A stretch of 64,000 nucleotides of DNA from Desulfatiglandales bacterium (GCA_963667015.2 CAXXJJ010000004.1:1600001-1664000); one strand, 5' to 3'. Positions 21,133 through 30,840 are shown, numbered from the stretch's first letter. Program-made: numbers and translations. The notes: a model not told the origin generated them from the letters alone.

Positions 21133-21453
21133 TTAATACAGGTCATTAATTGTTTTGTTCAGTAATTCTATTTTTCGGTCATGTTCACTGATAGTGATTA
21201 AAAGTTTCTTGAAATTTTTTTCGTTATAAATAGACAGGGTCTGCTTTAATTCCAGGTTTTCCTTTTCCAGTTCCTTTATTTTAGCTTCAAGTGTTTCAAT
21301 ATTTCCTGTCTGCACTGCCAGCAATTTGTCATGCTGACCGATTGTATTTGAGTTTTTACTGTTAAGAATAAACATCAGGGTAAGTGTCACAAGTATTATA
21401 ACAGCCAGAACAATATTCCAAATGCCGATATCTTTTATATTTAGAGACTGCAT
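21133..21453 (-). CDS. Membrane-anchored coiled-coil hypothetical protein
   Basis: N-terminal TM helix then heptad-rich sequence; coupled to the upstream gene. Confidence 0.65.
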   Translation of the reverse strand: MQSLNIKDIGIWNIVLAVIILVTLTLMFILNSKNSNTIGQHDKLLAVQTGNIETLEAKIKELEKENLELKQTLSIYNEKNFKKLLITISEHDRKIELLNKTINDLY

Positions 21454-21456
21454 CCC

Positions 21457-21975
21457 TTACTCCTTGCCGATAAGCTCATTGCTGTTATTCAGTTCATCTG
21501 CCAGTTTTTTTGATTCCTCTTCAATCTTATTCCATTCGCTTATATGGGTTTTCAGCACCTTTTTCTTTTTAAGGTCAGAAGAATTTATTTTATCAATGCT
21601 GACTTCATGTTTTGTCACCTTTTTTTCTATTACAGTAACCTGTTTACTGAATTTCTGATATTCCGCGTCCAGATGATTCAAGCGATCTTTTAATATTACT
21701 GCTTCTTTGGAATTCTCTTTGCCGGAGGTAGTCAGTTCTAGCAACTTCCCCTTTATCTCCAGTCTCTCCACCCTGTTTTTTATAAGCTCTTTATCTGCAT
21801 TTTCCTGATTAACACCGACATCCTCTATGATCCTTGTTAACTCACCTATCTCGGCATTCAGATTTTCAATATCAGACCTTGTTTTTTTGGTGGCGCAGGA
21901 AGGCAGTAAAACCATTAATAATAAAAATGTTAAGCCAGTCCACCTATGTTTTCTGAAATACATAGTTTTTACCAT
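21457..21975 (-). CDS. Coiled-coil lipoprotein
   Basis: Lipobox LLPSC; K/E-rich heptads. Confidence 0.7.
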   Translation of the reverse strand: MVKTMYFRKHRWTGLTFLLLMVLLPSCATKKTRSDIENLNAEIGELTRIIEDVGVNQENADKELIKNRVERLEIKGKLLELTTSGKENSKEAVILKDRLNHLDAEYQKFSKQVTVIEKKVTKHEVSIDKINSSDLKKKKVLKTHISEWNKIEEESKKLADELNNSNELIGKE

Positions 21976-22541
21976 AATAGCCTTTAATAATTTTATTTTT
22001 GCGGTTTTTGACTGAAAATATTCCTAGAATTAAGATGCTGTTATTTTTTTATTTTACATATTAATTACCATTTTACAACTTTTATTAAATATCCTTTCAT
22101 CTGACCGGTTTTCTGAAATTGCCTTCTGTATCTGTCTGAAAAACAGGACAGTACGTCAGCCATTGTGACTTTTATTATTCATATTTTTAGATATTTTTTA
22201 CTAAAATATAGATCAATGGGATACAAACCGGCTGATTTATAAATACCAGCACAGTCCCGATACGAATGGAACATCATCTATTATACCCTGCACAGATCCT
22301 CATCCCACTGTTTTCCTTAACCTATTTTGCCCTTCAATTCCACCCTGGTCATCACATTCAATATCATCAGCCTTTTTCAAATTATTGCAGCCCACTTCTA
22401 TTTAAGAATATGGTATCATTCTTGCTTAACTCAGGCTTTAATAAATAAGGAGTTTGGCCTGCATTCTTTATTGATATTTTATCCAGTCAAAGCAGGTACA
22501 ATCAGATTTAATTATTAACAGATTTGTTGAAAGGAAAACTT

Positions 22542-23030
22542 ATGAAAAAATTATTGTTGATTGTATCAATCTGTCTTATTGCATCTAATGTGTTTGCCGA
22601 ATCCAAACCCTTTCAGGCAAGTTTGACACCCGCTGTAGCCATTCACTCAAAGGATACACGAATAGAAGGGCTCACTCTGAGTATCTGGGGAGAAAACCCC
22701 CAATCCGGTGGAGCGCTTGGAATTGTCAATGGATCATCAGGTAACAGCAGCGGAATTTCATTAGGTTTTATTAATTATGCTGAAAATTATACAGGCGTCG
22801 AATGGGGGGCCGTAAATTTTGCCAAGGGAGATTTCATCGGGTTTCAGTATGGTTTTTTAAACTATGCAAAAAAACTTAAAGGTCTCCAGCTTGGATTAAT
22901 CAATGTTGCCACTACAGCACAGTCAGGCCTTCAAATAGGATTTATAAATGTCATAGAAACTAACCAATGGTTTAATAAATTCCCTGATGAACTCGCAAAG
23001 GGTATGGTCTTAATCAACTGGAAGTTCTAA
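22542..23030 (+). CDS. Secreted/outer-membrane protein with GxQxGxxN repeats (LA_2272-like)
   Basis: Signal peptide MKKLLL..VFA; repeats GLQLGLIN, GLQIGFIN, GFQYGFLN; terminal Phe. Confidence 0.75.
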   Translation: MKKLLLIVSICLIASNVFAESKPFQASLTPAVAIHSKDTRIEGLTLSIWGENPQSGGALGIVNGSSGNSSGISLGFINYAENYTGVEWGAVNFAKGDFIGFQYGFLNYAKKLKGLQLGLINVATTAQSGLQIGFINVIETNQWFNKFPDELAKGMVLINWKF

Positions 23031-23056
23031 TATCCACTTCCTCAAAATTAAAAAAC

Positions 23057-23084
23057 AGTCTTCCATACGTCTGTATGGGAGGCT
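23057..23084. terminator. Bidirectional terminator
   Basis: agtcttccatac-gtct-gtatgggaggct hairpin flanked by an A run and a T run between convergent genes. Confidence 0.65.
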
Positions 23085-24198
23085 ATTTTTTATGAATAAT
23101 GATACGATCTCCCGGATGTATGGGACGCCTGCCGTCTATCTTATTCCAGATAAGAAGATTCTTAAGCGGAACATCGTATTTTTCGGCTATAGATGAAAGA
23201 TTATCTCCCTGCTTCACAATATAGACCCGTTCTTTGGTTGCTGATTCATATTTTTTAACATAATCCCTGAACCGGGCCTGAAAACCATTAGAAGCGCCTT
23301 TGGGAATAAGGATTTTATGCTTACCCTTTACCAGATAATAACCTCTTATTTCCGGGTTTAAATCCTTGATCACCTTAAACTGTGTTTTCCCTGCCTGGGC
23401 GATAATCCGGATAGGGACTTCCTGGGTACAATTCACTTTAACCTCATCAAACTCCAGAGGCGGATAGTAATCCTCTTCAGCAAGGTTAAATCCATATTTA
23501 CCGGGATTTGTTAAAATCAGTTTTACCGACAGTACACGAAAGATATACCGCTGTGTTTCAAGTGGGAGATAGAGCTGGTAATAATCATCTGTCCCCTGCT
23601 CCAGTATTTCCGCCATCAGACCATCTTCACCCATGTTAAAGGCCGCGGCAACAAGTGTCCATGATCTCAACTCTTCATGCAGCCCTTTCAGATATTTCAT
23701 TGCAGCCGCGGTTGAGGCATAAAAATTTCTTCTCTCATCAATATTTTCATCAACAACAAGCCCGTATTTTCTACCTGTACCAGCAACAAACTGCCAGAAT
23801 CCCATTGCACCCTTTTTTGAACCTGCATGAGGAAGTAGAGCACTTTCAGCGACAGCCAGGTACTTGAGATCATCCGGCAATCCGTTTTGTTTCAACACCT
23901 TTTCGATATGAGGGAAATAGCGTGTTGAACGCTTCAGCCACAGAACAACCTGTGGGCGGTCCCAGAGAGAAAGAAGAATCTCCTTTTCAAGACGCTCCAG
24001 GACCTCCCGGCTGTCAAGCGGGACCTCTTCATCACAAAATTTTAATGGCGCCTCAACTTTAATTGACGAGACCAGGGATGGAAGATCTATCCGGTCAGGA
24101 GATGCAGCATATATTTTCGTCGGAAATAAAATCAAAAGAAAAACGGCGCTTAGAAACATCCGTTTCAAATTATTATGGTTACTATATATCCTGTTCAT
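23083..24198 (-). CDS. Lytic transglycosylase (MltD-like SLT domain plus LysM)
   Basis: LKYLAVAES, GAMGFWQF, AAFNMGE, LPLETQRY; LysM YIVKQGDNLSSIA. Confidence 0.92.
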   Translation of the reverse strand: MNRIYSNHNNLKRMFLSAVFLLILFPTKIYAASPDRIDLPSLVSSIKVEAPLKFCDEEVPLDSREVLERLEKEILLSLWDRPQVVLWLKRSTRYFPHIEKVLKQNGLPDDLKYLAVAESALLPHAGSKKGAMGFWQFVAGTGRKYGLVVDENIDERRNFYASTAAAMKYLKGLHEELRSWTLVAAAFNMGEDGLMAEILEQGTDDYYQLYLPLETQRYIFRVLSVKLILTNPGKYGFNLAEEDYYPPLEFDEVKVNCTQEVPIRIIAQAGKTQFKVIKDLNPEIRGYYLVKGKHKILIPKGASNGFQARFRDYVKKYESATKERVYIVKQGDNLSSIAEKYDVPLKNLLIWNKIDGRRPIHPGDRIIIHKK

Positions 24199-24485
24199 AA
24201 TCTTCAGTGATCAGTTGGGAGTAAACAATGAATTAAATATAAATTTAAAATCAGATTTAAGACTTATAGGATTAAAAAGCAAGGTAATTATAAGATGGTT
24301 ACAGTATGCCGTTTAATATTTAAAGGGACTAAGAATCGGGAGAAGGCCTCTTTAAGTTACCCTTCCCCCGATCACCAAAAACATTTCCAGCAGCAAAATA
24401 AAATAGGAAGTAAGACTTTAAAAATATTCACTTCAGTTACTACTGCACCTATAAAACTAATCGGACTTGTTATTGGAGTTACATA

Positions 24486-25043
24486 TCATTTATCTTTTTG
24501 TTGGATTTTATGCGGGGACAGGCCAAAAGATGGGGCTGCATAGCCTGTCATTTTCCTCTTTGTATATGGATTTATTATATTCATGCTGTATTCTGTGCCG
24601 GGACTGGTAATGTTCGTAAATATCTCAGGATCAATATCCGGATTGGGACGGATAATGGTAATGGCATATTTTTCATCTGTCCGGACAGGATTAAGTTTAT
24701 TTTTAAGTAAGTCCAGCCATGTTTTTTTACAATCGACTACTTCTACTTCCCTTTTTGAATCGGGATCAGTTTTTTTGAGACTTTTATCTGTATCAGGATC
24801 AGGGCTTTTATTTTCATCGTCACTGTCTTTTTCGAAACTTAATGTATTATTATCCATGGAGAATTTGCCCTTTTTCAATGAAAATACAATATCCGGCTGC
24901 CACAACTGATTCTTTTCTATTCGGGCCTTATCTGAAGACTCACCCTTTGAAGCACTCTTTTCCTCTTCCGAGTATGTAAAGCCCGGTAGAAAAAAGAAAA
25001 GACATATGGAAAGGGCAAAGCATGATTTTAGATTTCTGGGCAT
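24486..25043 (-). CDS. Secreted hypothetical protein
   Basis: RBS aggag before ATG 25043; signal peptide; last gene of the ECF/VIT operon. Confidence 0.65.
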   Translation of the reverse strand: MPRNLKSCFALSICLFFFLPGFTYSEEEKSASKGESSDKARIEKNQLWQPDIVFSLKKGKFSMDNNTLSFEKDSDDENKSPDPDTDKSLKKTDPDSKREVEVVDCKKTWLDLLKNKLNPVRTDEKYAITIIRPNPDIDPEIFTNITSPGTEYSMNIINPYTKRKMTGYAAPSFGLSPHKIQQKDK

Positions 25044-25056
25044 ATTATTTCTCCTT

Positions 25057-27465
25057 TTAATTAACCGTTGTTTCATATTTAACGCCATCAGGTACAGGAA
25101 CCGGCACATCTACGGTGTATCCATGACCGCCTTCTGTTCGTTCAAAGCTGTCTACTGCCAGAAAGGCCGTGTATCGTGAAATAAGATTATAATTTATAGA
25201 GGTTGTAATTATCTCTTTTTTAATTCCATTACCCGGATTGTATGTTTCCAGGTTTGAAAGTTCAGCAAGTTTGCACCTTGCCCAGACACTTTGAATACCC
25301 TGATGTTTTGTATCGTTATCTTTGGGATTAACAGATATATCAAAATATGATTTTTCTTCTCCCACCTGTCCTTTTATCCGGATCCTGCCTGATGATTCAT
25401 TCTTCAATCTGCCGGTGATCATTATGGGTCTTCCTACAAACAGGTCAGGGATTTGTCTGGGATAAAAATCTTCAACCTTTATATTGCCCCAGTCTATCTC
25501 TATATTTGCCATGGCAGGACTGGTTGCCACATCATAAAAGCGGTCCACTGCTTTTCCTGCTGATTCATCCAGCCCCACATAGGCAACAGCCCCCCTGCCC
25601 ATGACTGCCATGCGTTCAAGAAGATAGCGGTTTACAGAATTACCAACACCAAAACTGAATATACGCGACTCTCCCAGCCTCTCATGGATGGCAGCCAGTA
25701 TCTCATATTCATTACCTATATAACCGTCTGTCATAAAGGAGACGATTCTTAATCTCCTATTATCATGCGGAAAATCAAGGGCCGCCTTAATACCTTCAAT
25801 CATCGCGGTACCTCCGGAACTGTTAAGCGATTCAAGATACTCAAGACCTCTTTTCACATTATCAGCAGTGGCAGAAACAGGATTTGGACCAAGAGCAGAT
25901 GCGTTCGACGAAAACCTGATTATCTGAAACGTATCGTCAGCATTAAGGTTCCGGAGAGCCCTTCTGACCGCTTCCTTTGCCTTATTAATGGGTTTTCCGT
26001 TCATGCTGCCGGAGCAGTCCAGCACAAAAACCATCTCCCTAGGTATCCTTGGCAAGCCCTTTAAATCCTCCGGGGGCTGCAGCAGGAGAGTAAAATAGTT
26101 ACCATTATCTCCATTATGAACCATCATTGCGGTCTTAACTTCATTTCCGGAGGTTTTATACCTCAGCACAAAATCCTTGTCCGGGACCCTGTCGTTGGGG
26201 CTGAGTGTAACAACTGCGTGTGAGGAAGTTTTTTTATCCACATTGATTACATGGGAATGGCTGTATACCTTTTCAATACTGACTCCCGCATCAATATCAA
26301 CATTGATGGAGATATTATGAGAAGAGGTCTCATTTGGTTTCAGGTAGTGAACATCTGTTGACTGCCCTGAGCTGCTATGCGGGCCTCCTGCAACTGCACC
26401 TATCCCGTCACTTTGGCCGGGCGGATTATAACGCGGTCCTACAACTGTCGGGAACACAAACTCATACTCACCGTTTTCATATTTAAGGGTGTTAAAAAAG
26501 GAGATGCTGATATCGATTCTTTTTCCGGGTTCAATATTTGCCACACTCTGTTTAAAGATATTGGGGCGCTCCTGGGTTAAAAGAGATGCCCTGTATCCCT
26601 GTGATTTTGCCTGCTGATATATTCGCTGGGCCTCTTCCTTTTCACGAATGATCCCCCGGATCTTTCTGTCGCCCACAATCATAACAAAATCCGTGACAGC
26701 AGCATTCTGGGGAAGAGGAAATACATAAACAGCCTCAATCTTGTCACTGTAGGGATTGTGATATTTCTGCAGGACATTTACTGTAGCAATATAACCGGAA
26801 ATGCTGGCCTCAACACTGGTGCTTTCCAGAGGGAGAATAACATCTTCCTTTCCAAAGGCTGAACAGACAAGCCTTGGGGACTCGGTCCTGTACTCTTTTC
26901 CTGTAAGTACCGGATCCTTTTCTATTATCCAGAGTTCCGTGCCCAGGCCTTCATTTTCAAAGGATATCATAATTTTTTTCTTTTTTTCAGAACTATCAAT
27001 AGGGCCACGGCCAGAATGTGCCCTTTGAAGGACTGTGTCATCAGCAAGTAACCGTCTTGCACCAGGTCTTTCACTTACATCAACTTCTATTTCTTCCAGA
27101 GTAAATTCATCATATCCACCTGATGTGCCTCCTATTCCTGTTGACCTGGCGCGGGCGCTTTCCATTCGGAATCTTTCCTGCGCTATTCTTTCTGCAGCAA
27201 ATCTTGCGGCTTCTTCTTCAACCCTGGCATATTCAATTTCCACTTGAGCCCTTTCCTGTGGGATGCCTTCCTCAGTATATTTTTCGGTTTCCTTACTGGC
27301 TTTCACTGTATGCTCATCATCATTTTTAGACACCGTCTGGATTATTATTTCGGTTCCAGTCAGCCCTGGCCGTATAGATACTTTTTTTTGACATCCTGAA
27401 AATATTTGCAGGCACATATAAATCAGTATTGCCACAATAAAAGGCACCATGTATTTGCGTTTCAT
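25057..27465 (-). CDS. VIT plus vWA domain lipoprotein (inter-alpha-trypsin inhibitor-like)
   Basis: Lipobox IFSGC; VIT motifs YHNPY..IEAVYVFPLP..AAV and NIF..SVANIEPG; MIDAS VLDCSGSM and FMTDG. Confidence 0.92.
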   Translation of the reverse strand: MKRKYMVPFIVAILIYMCLQIFSGCQKKVSIRPGLTGTEIIIQTVSKNDDEHTVKASKETEKYTEEGIPQERAQVEIEYARVEEEAARFAAERIAQERFRMESARARSTGIGGTSGGYDEFTLEEIEVDVSERPGARRLLADDTVLQRAHSGRGPIDSSEKKKKIMISFENEGLGTELWIIEKDPVLTGKEYRTESPRLVCSAFGKEDVILPLESTSVEASISGYIATVNVLQKYHNPYSDKIEAVYVFPLPQNAAVTDFVMIVGDRKIRGIIREKEEAQRIYQQAKSQGYRASLLTQERPNIFKQSVANIEPGKRIDISISFFNTLKYENGEYEFVFPTVVGPRYNPPGQSDGIGAVAGGPHSSSGQSTDVHYLKPNETSSHNISINVDIDAGVSIEKVYSHSHVINVDKKTSSHAVVTLSPNDRVPDKDFVLRYKTSGNEVKTAMMVHNGDNGNYFTLLLQPPEDLKGLPRIPREMVFVLDCSGSMNGKPINKAKEAVRRALRNLNADDTFQIIRFSSNASALGPNPVSATADNVKRGLEYLESLNSSGGTAMIEGIKAALDFPHDNRRLRIVSFMTDGYIGNEYEILAAIHERLGESRIFSFGVGNSVNRYLLERMAVMGRGAVAYVGLDESAGKAVDRFYDVATSPAMANIEIDWGNIKVEDFYPRQIPDLFVGRPIMITGRLKNESSGRIRIKGQVGEEKSYFDISVNPKDNDTKHQGIQSVWARCKLAELSNLETYNPGNGIKKEIITTSINYNLISRYTAFLAVDSFERTEGGHGYTVDVPVPVPDGVKYETTVN

Positions 27466-27489
27466 AATGATCCTCCTGATATGGATTTA

Positions 27490-27963
27490 TTACTGCCTGT
27501 TGTTTTCACTCTGTCCGTCAATAAAGGATGCCTCAACATCGACCGATATCTCCTTTCCCCCGGGTTTAGCTGCTGCCATCGGCTTTGTTTTAAGTTCATA
27601 TGGGCTGCACCCCTTTGTCCGGAGATGAAGCCGTGCAACCCTTGTCTTTCCGTTCTTCGCGTGAATGTCATCATCAATAAAAGCAGCTATAATTATACGA
27701 CCACCTTCGAGCCCGGCCCTGTCATAAAAGGGAGGATTGATAAATCCATTCGAACCGCCCTCAAGTCCAACGACCTTTACATTGTCTTTGTCGTATCTGA
27801 TATCTATCTGGTATGCTGCGAGAGAATTCGCTTTGCTGTCAACGGATATATCGACAGTCCTGAAATTAATAATATCTTTGCAGTTTTCCTCTTCTGAAAC
27901 TCCTGAAAAAACTGTGGAAGCTAAAACAAGAAAAAGTGATAAGGTTAACAGTAGTTTTTTCAT
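27490..27963 (-). CDS. Secreted single-domain protein, cohesin-like beta sandwich
   Basis: Signal peptide; TVDISVD...LAAYQIDIRYD..VKVVG...G..RVARLH pattern reminiscent of cohesin strands; start overlaps the stop of the dockerin gene. Confidence 0.55.
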   Translation of the reverse strand: MKKLLLTLSLFLVLASTVFSGVSEEENCKDIINFRTVDISVDSKANSLAAYQIDIRYDKDNVKVVGLEGGSNGFINPPFYDRAGLEGGRIIIAAFIDDDIHAKNGKTRVARLHLRTKGCSPYELKTKPMAAAKPGGKEISVDVEASFIDGQSENNRQ

Positions 27964-28721
27964 TATACCTCTCCCCTTCCCAATGCTACCGCTGTTTTAA
28001 CTATGACTGAAACATCCTCGCGGTTTACAGTCCCATCCCCGTTCAAATCCAGTTTTTTCGGTATGACAGTCCCGCTCATTAACCTGCGGTCCATTAAATA
28101 GGCATCAATTATATCCACCCGGCCGTTACCATCCATATCTTTCGTCATTCCTTCAGATACGGTTTTCAGTTTCTCATCAGGTGCAATTCCAGCAGGAGAC
28201 TTTACTGTTTCTCTTTCAGGTGTCATTTTTTTCCGGACGCGATCAACACTTACCAGTATGGGCTTTACTGCCAGCGTATTATTTACAGCAGGTGTTATCC
28301 TTCCATTAAGCTCTTCCGATGATTCCACCAACGCCGATTTTTTATCGTATTTAAGGAAGTTATTAAGGGATTTTTCATTTTTATAAAAAATATTATAGGA
28401 GACCGCACAAACCAGCACTCCCATCAATGCTGCCGCAGCCCATCTGTAACGGGGGAACAACCTGACAACTTTGTGTTCTCTTCTTATTTCCCTGCTCTTT
28501 TGTTTGATATGTCCAAGTACAATATCATCGACTGATCCGGATATTTTTTCTGATTCGGGTCTTGCACTGCTGAATAATTCAGATATGTTATCAAGATCCT
28601 CTATTATCCGGCGGCCCTCAGGGGTGACTGTGAAAGCATCTTTTTCCTCACCTGTCCTGAATGCATCGAGATCAGCAAGGATCATATCTTTATTATATTC
28701 CGGTTTCTTTTCATCAGACAT
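27963..28721 (-). CDS. Probable anti-sigma factor: cytoplasmic N-terminus, one TM helix, C-terminal type-I dockerin domain
   Basis: RWAAAALMGVLVCAV TM helix; duplicated Ca-binding loops DMDGNGRVDIIDA and DLNGDGTVNREDV. Confidence 0.8.
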   Translation of the reverse strand: MSDEKKPEYNKDMILADLDAFRTGEEKDAFTVTPEGRRIIEDLDNISELFSSARPESEKISGSVDDIVLGHIKQKSREIRREHKVVRLFPRYRWAAAALMGVLVCAVSYNIFYKNEKSLNNFLKYDKKSALVESSEELNGRITPAVNNTLAVKPILVSVDRVRKKMTPERETVKSPAGIAPDEKLKTVSEGMTKDMDGNGRVDIIDAYLMDRRLMSGTVIPKKLDLNGDGTVNREDVSVIVKTAVALGRGEV

Positions 28722-28776
28722 ATCTTCACCCTTTAAATGTTTAAGCGTTTAAAACCTTAAAAAGGTTCCATAAAAT

Positions 28777-29304
28777 TTATTTTTTTTGGATTTTTTCTCT
28801 CAGGCGGGATAAAAGCCTGTTTAAACGGGATTTTATTGTTCCCAGGGGAACCCTGAAAATTTCTGAAATTTCGGAAAGCTGCAATTCGTCATAAAACCTT
28901 AAAAGCACCAGTTCTCTTTCTTCCCTTGAAAAACCCTCCATATATTCCGAGAGATTTATGAATTCTGCATTCCAGTTAAGGCCTTCGTCCGGAATACTTT
29001 CAGCCCCCGATTCATCAAAGGAAACAATTTTTCGTTTTTTACGAATAATGTTTATGGATGTATTTTTTACAACAGGATAAAGGAATGTTTTAAGGCTGCT
29101 TCTCAATTCAAAACCGGGGAATTTGTTGAAGAAATAGATAAACACCTCCTGCAGTATCTCCTCGGCATCCTCCCTGTTTCCGCAGAGCCTGAAGGCAAGC
29201 CCGTAAACCCAGGACCTGTACCGGAAATAAAGGGTGTTCATCGCCGCCTCATTTCCTTTATTGGCGAGTTTAATGAGTTCTATGTCCGGGAGATTTTTAT
29301 TCAT
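28777..29304 (-). CDS. ECF-type RNA polymerase sigma factor
   Basis: DAEEILQEVF, F..TFLY, region 4 LRFYDELQLSEISEIFRVPLGTIKSRL. Confidence 0.93.
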   Translation of the reverse strand: MNKNLPDIELIKLANKGNEAAMNTLYFRYRSWVYGLAFRLCGNREDAEEILQEVFIYFFNKFPGFELRSSLKTFLYPVVKNTSINIIRKKRKIVSFDESGAESIPDEGLNWNAEFINLSEYMEGFSREERELVLLRFYDELQLSEISEIFRVPLGTIKSRLNRLLSRLREKIQKK

Positions 29305-29358
29305 ATTTATATAAATGCCTGTATTTTCGGAATCATGTTAAATAATCACCTGATAATA

Positions 29359-29389
29359 TGTAGAGACAGGTCTCAGACCCGTCTCCGTA
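29359..29389. repeat. GTAG-family REP palindrome
   Basis: tgtagagacagg-tctcaga-cccgtctcc hairpin. Confidence 0.75.
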
Positions 29390-29392
29390 TGA

Positions 29393-30451
29393 TTACCGGA
29401 AATCCATAATAAATCGTTTATTACAGGATTTACATAAATTATTAAGACGGATTTGAAACCCGTCTCTACCTTTGTAAGATCGAATAAAATTTTTATACTC
29501 TTTTTTGTGCCATATTGTATTTAATGTCTCTCCAGCGATATTCCCGAAGGAGAAACTCTCCAGCTTCTTCCTTTGGCCATTAAAATAATAATAATTTTTT
29601 CCTGTCACCGGAATAAGTCCCATTACACATGGGGAGACAGATCCGTCTGATCCTATAACAACAGCCCTTTCTATATTTTCAGAGCAGAATGATTCTTCCA
29701 TTAATGGAGAGACAATATTAAAGGCGATACCCGGGTGGAGACGGGTTTGAAAGCCGTCTCCACAATCATAACAATCTTGTTTTATATCCTTAAAAACATC
29801 CATTAGGTCCCTGTTTTCATGTTCATCAGATGCCATGAGGGTCTCCTTTTGCAGAGATTCATTCACTACAAGGGAAAGAGAACTTATAACCGTCTGATCG
29901 ACTCCTGCATTTTCTAAAAAAGCAGGCAGCATTTGAATATCATCAAGGGACGACCTGAGAAGCATATAGGCAACATGTATTTTGGGTTTATCAGCCGATT
30001 TACCGGCTTTGATCCTGTGAAATTCATCAATGCATTTGAGCACCTTTCTTATTTGAGTCCCTTTACGTATTGAATCATTCTTCTCATCTATACCGGCCAG
30101 TGAAAAACCTATTATATCAAGACCCTCGTCAATGAGTTCACTTATTTTTTCAGATTCAAGCAATGTGCCGTTGGTGGTTGTACCCACAATGCAACCTGCC
30201 CGCTTAGCAAGGCGCAGAAACTCCATAAAATGAGGATGGGTAAATGGCTCTCCCCACCCCTGCAAATAAACCAGTTTTGTTTTGTCAAAGGCCGGGATCA
30301 AATTTCTGTAAAGTTCAATAGGCAAAAGCCTGTTTTGCCAGTTATTGCTGTATTCTGTATGAGGGCAGTAAATACATTCCGCATTGCAGAAAGAACTGAC
30401 TTCGACCTGAATCCAGTCCAGATAAGGATATGATTTTTTAAAGAACATCAT
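29393..30451 (-). CDS. Radical SAM/SPASM domain protein
   Basis: CNAECIYC, QGWGEP, TTNGTLL; SPASM-like C...I.SDGSVSPC, FGNI...L..IW, CKSC. Confidence 0.9.
   Translation of the reverse strand: MMFFKKSYPYLDWIQVEVSSFCNAECIYCPHTEYSNNWQNRLLPIELYRNLIPAFDKTKLVYLQGWGEPFTHPHFMEFLRLAKRAGCIVGTTTNGTLLESEKISELIDEGLDIIGFSLAGIDEKNDSIRKGTQIRKVLKCIDEFHRIKAGKSADKPKIHVAYMLLRSSLDDIQMLPAFLENAGVDQTVISSLSLVVNESLQKETLMASDEHENRDLMDVFKDIKQDCYDCGDGFQTRLHPGIAFNIVSPLMEESFCSENIERAVVIGSDGSVSPCVMGLIPVTGKNYYYFNGQRKKLESFSFGNIAGETLNTIWHKKEYKNFIRSYKGRDGFQIRLNNLCKSCNKRFIMDFR
29445..29469. repeat. REP palindrome inside the radical SAM CDS
   Basis: agacggatttgaaacccgtctctac. Confidence 0.75.
29735..29763. repeat. REP palindrome inside the radical SAM CDS
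   Basis: gtggagacgg-gtttgaaag-ccgtctccac, perfect 10-bp stem. Confidence 0.8.
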
Positions 30452-30510
30452 GAGTGTCCCCAAAAACAAGAATAACTATTTCAAGTTATAAAGTTTAATA
30501 AGAGGTAATC

Positions 30511-30722
30511 CGTCATACCCGAGCAGGCTGTGTCGTAATTCCGAAATTGCCAATTATAACAAATTATTGAAGAGTCTTGCGTAGGGTCGGGATTTATTCC
30601 CGACCGGTTTTATTTAATAGCAACAGCATCCTAAAACTGGTGGGGTGTAAAACCCTACCCTACGAAAAAAATACATTGTCACCTTAAATGAATTGTGACA
30701 CAGCTTGTTCGCGGGAAAGACG
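30511..30722. mobile_element. Nested miniature repeats: CGTC-type REP arms around a MITE-like element (30524-30707) that contains an inverted GTAG-REP pair
   Basis: Arms cgtcatacccg / cgggaaagacg; TIRs caggctgtgtcgtaattc / gaattgtgacacagcttg; inner gtagggtcggga.. and ..ccctaccctac. Confidence 0.65.
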
Positions 30723-30840
30723 GAAGCAGAACTGCAATTCTTCATATTTTACCAGGTTATCATTAATGATTTTTTAAACAATGCAAACTTGTTTTCATTA
30801 TAGAATATATATTGATAATTGAAAAATGCACTAAATTATC

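Noticed and set aside
21976..22520. Possible riboswitch or ncRNA in the long intergenic gap
   Set aside because: No recognisable aptamer consensus by eye; an Rfam scan would be needed
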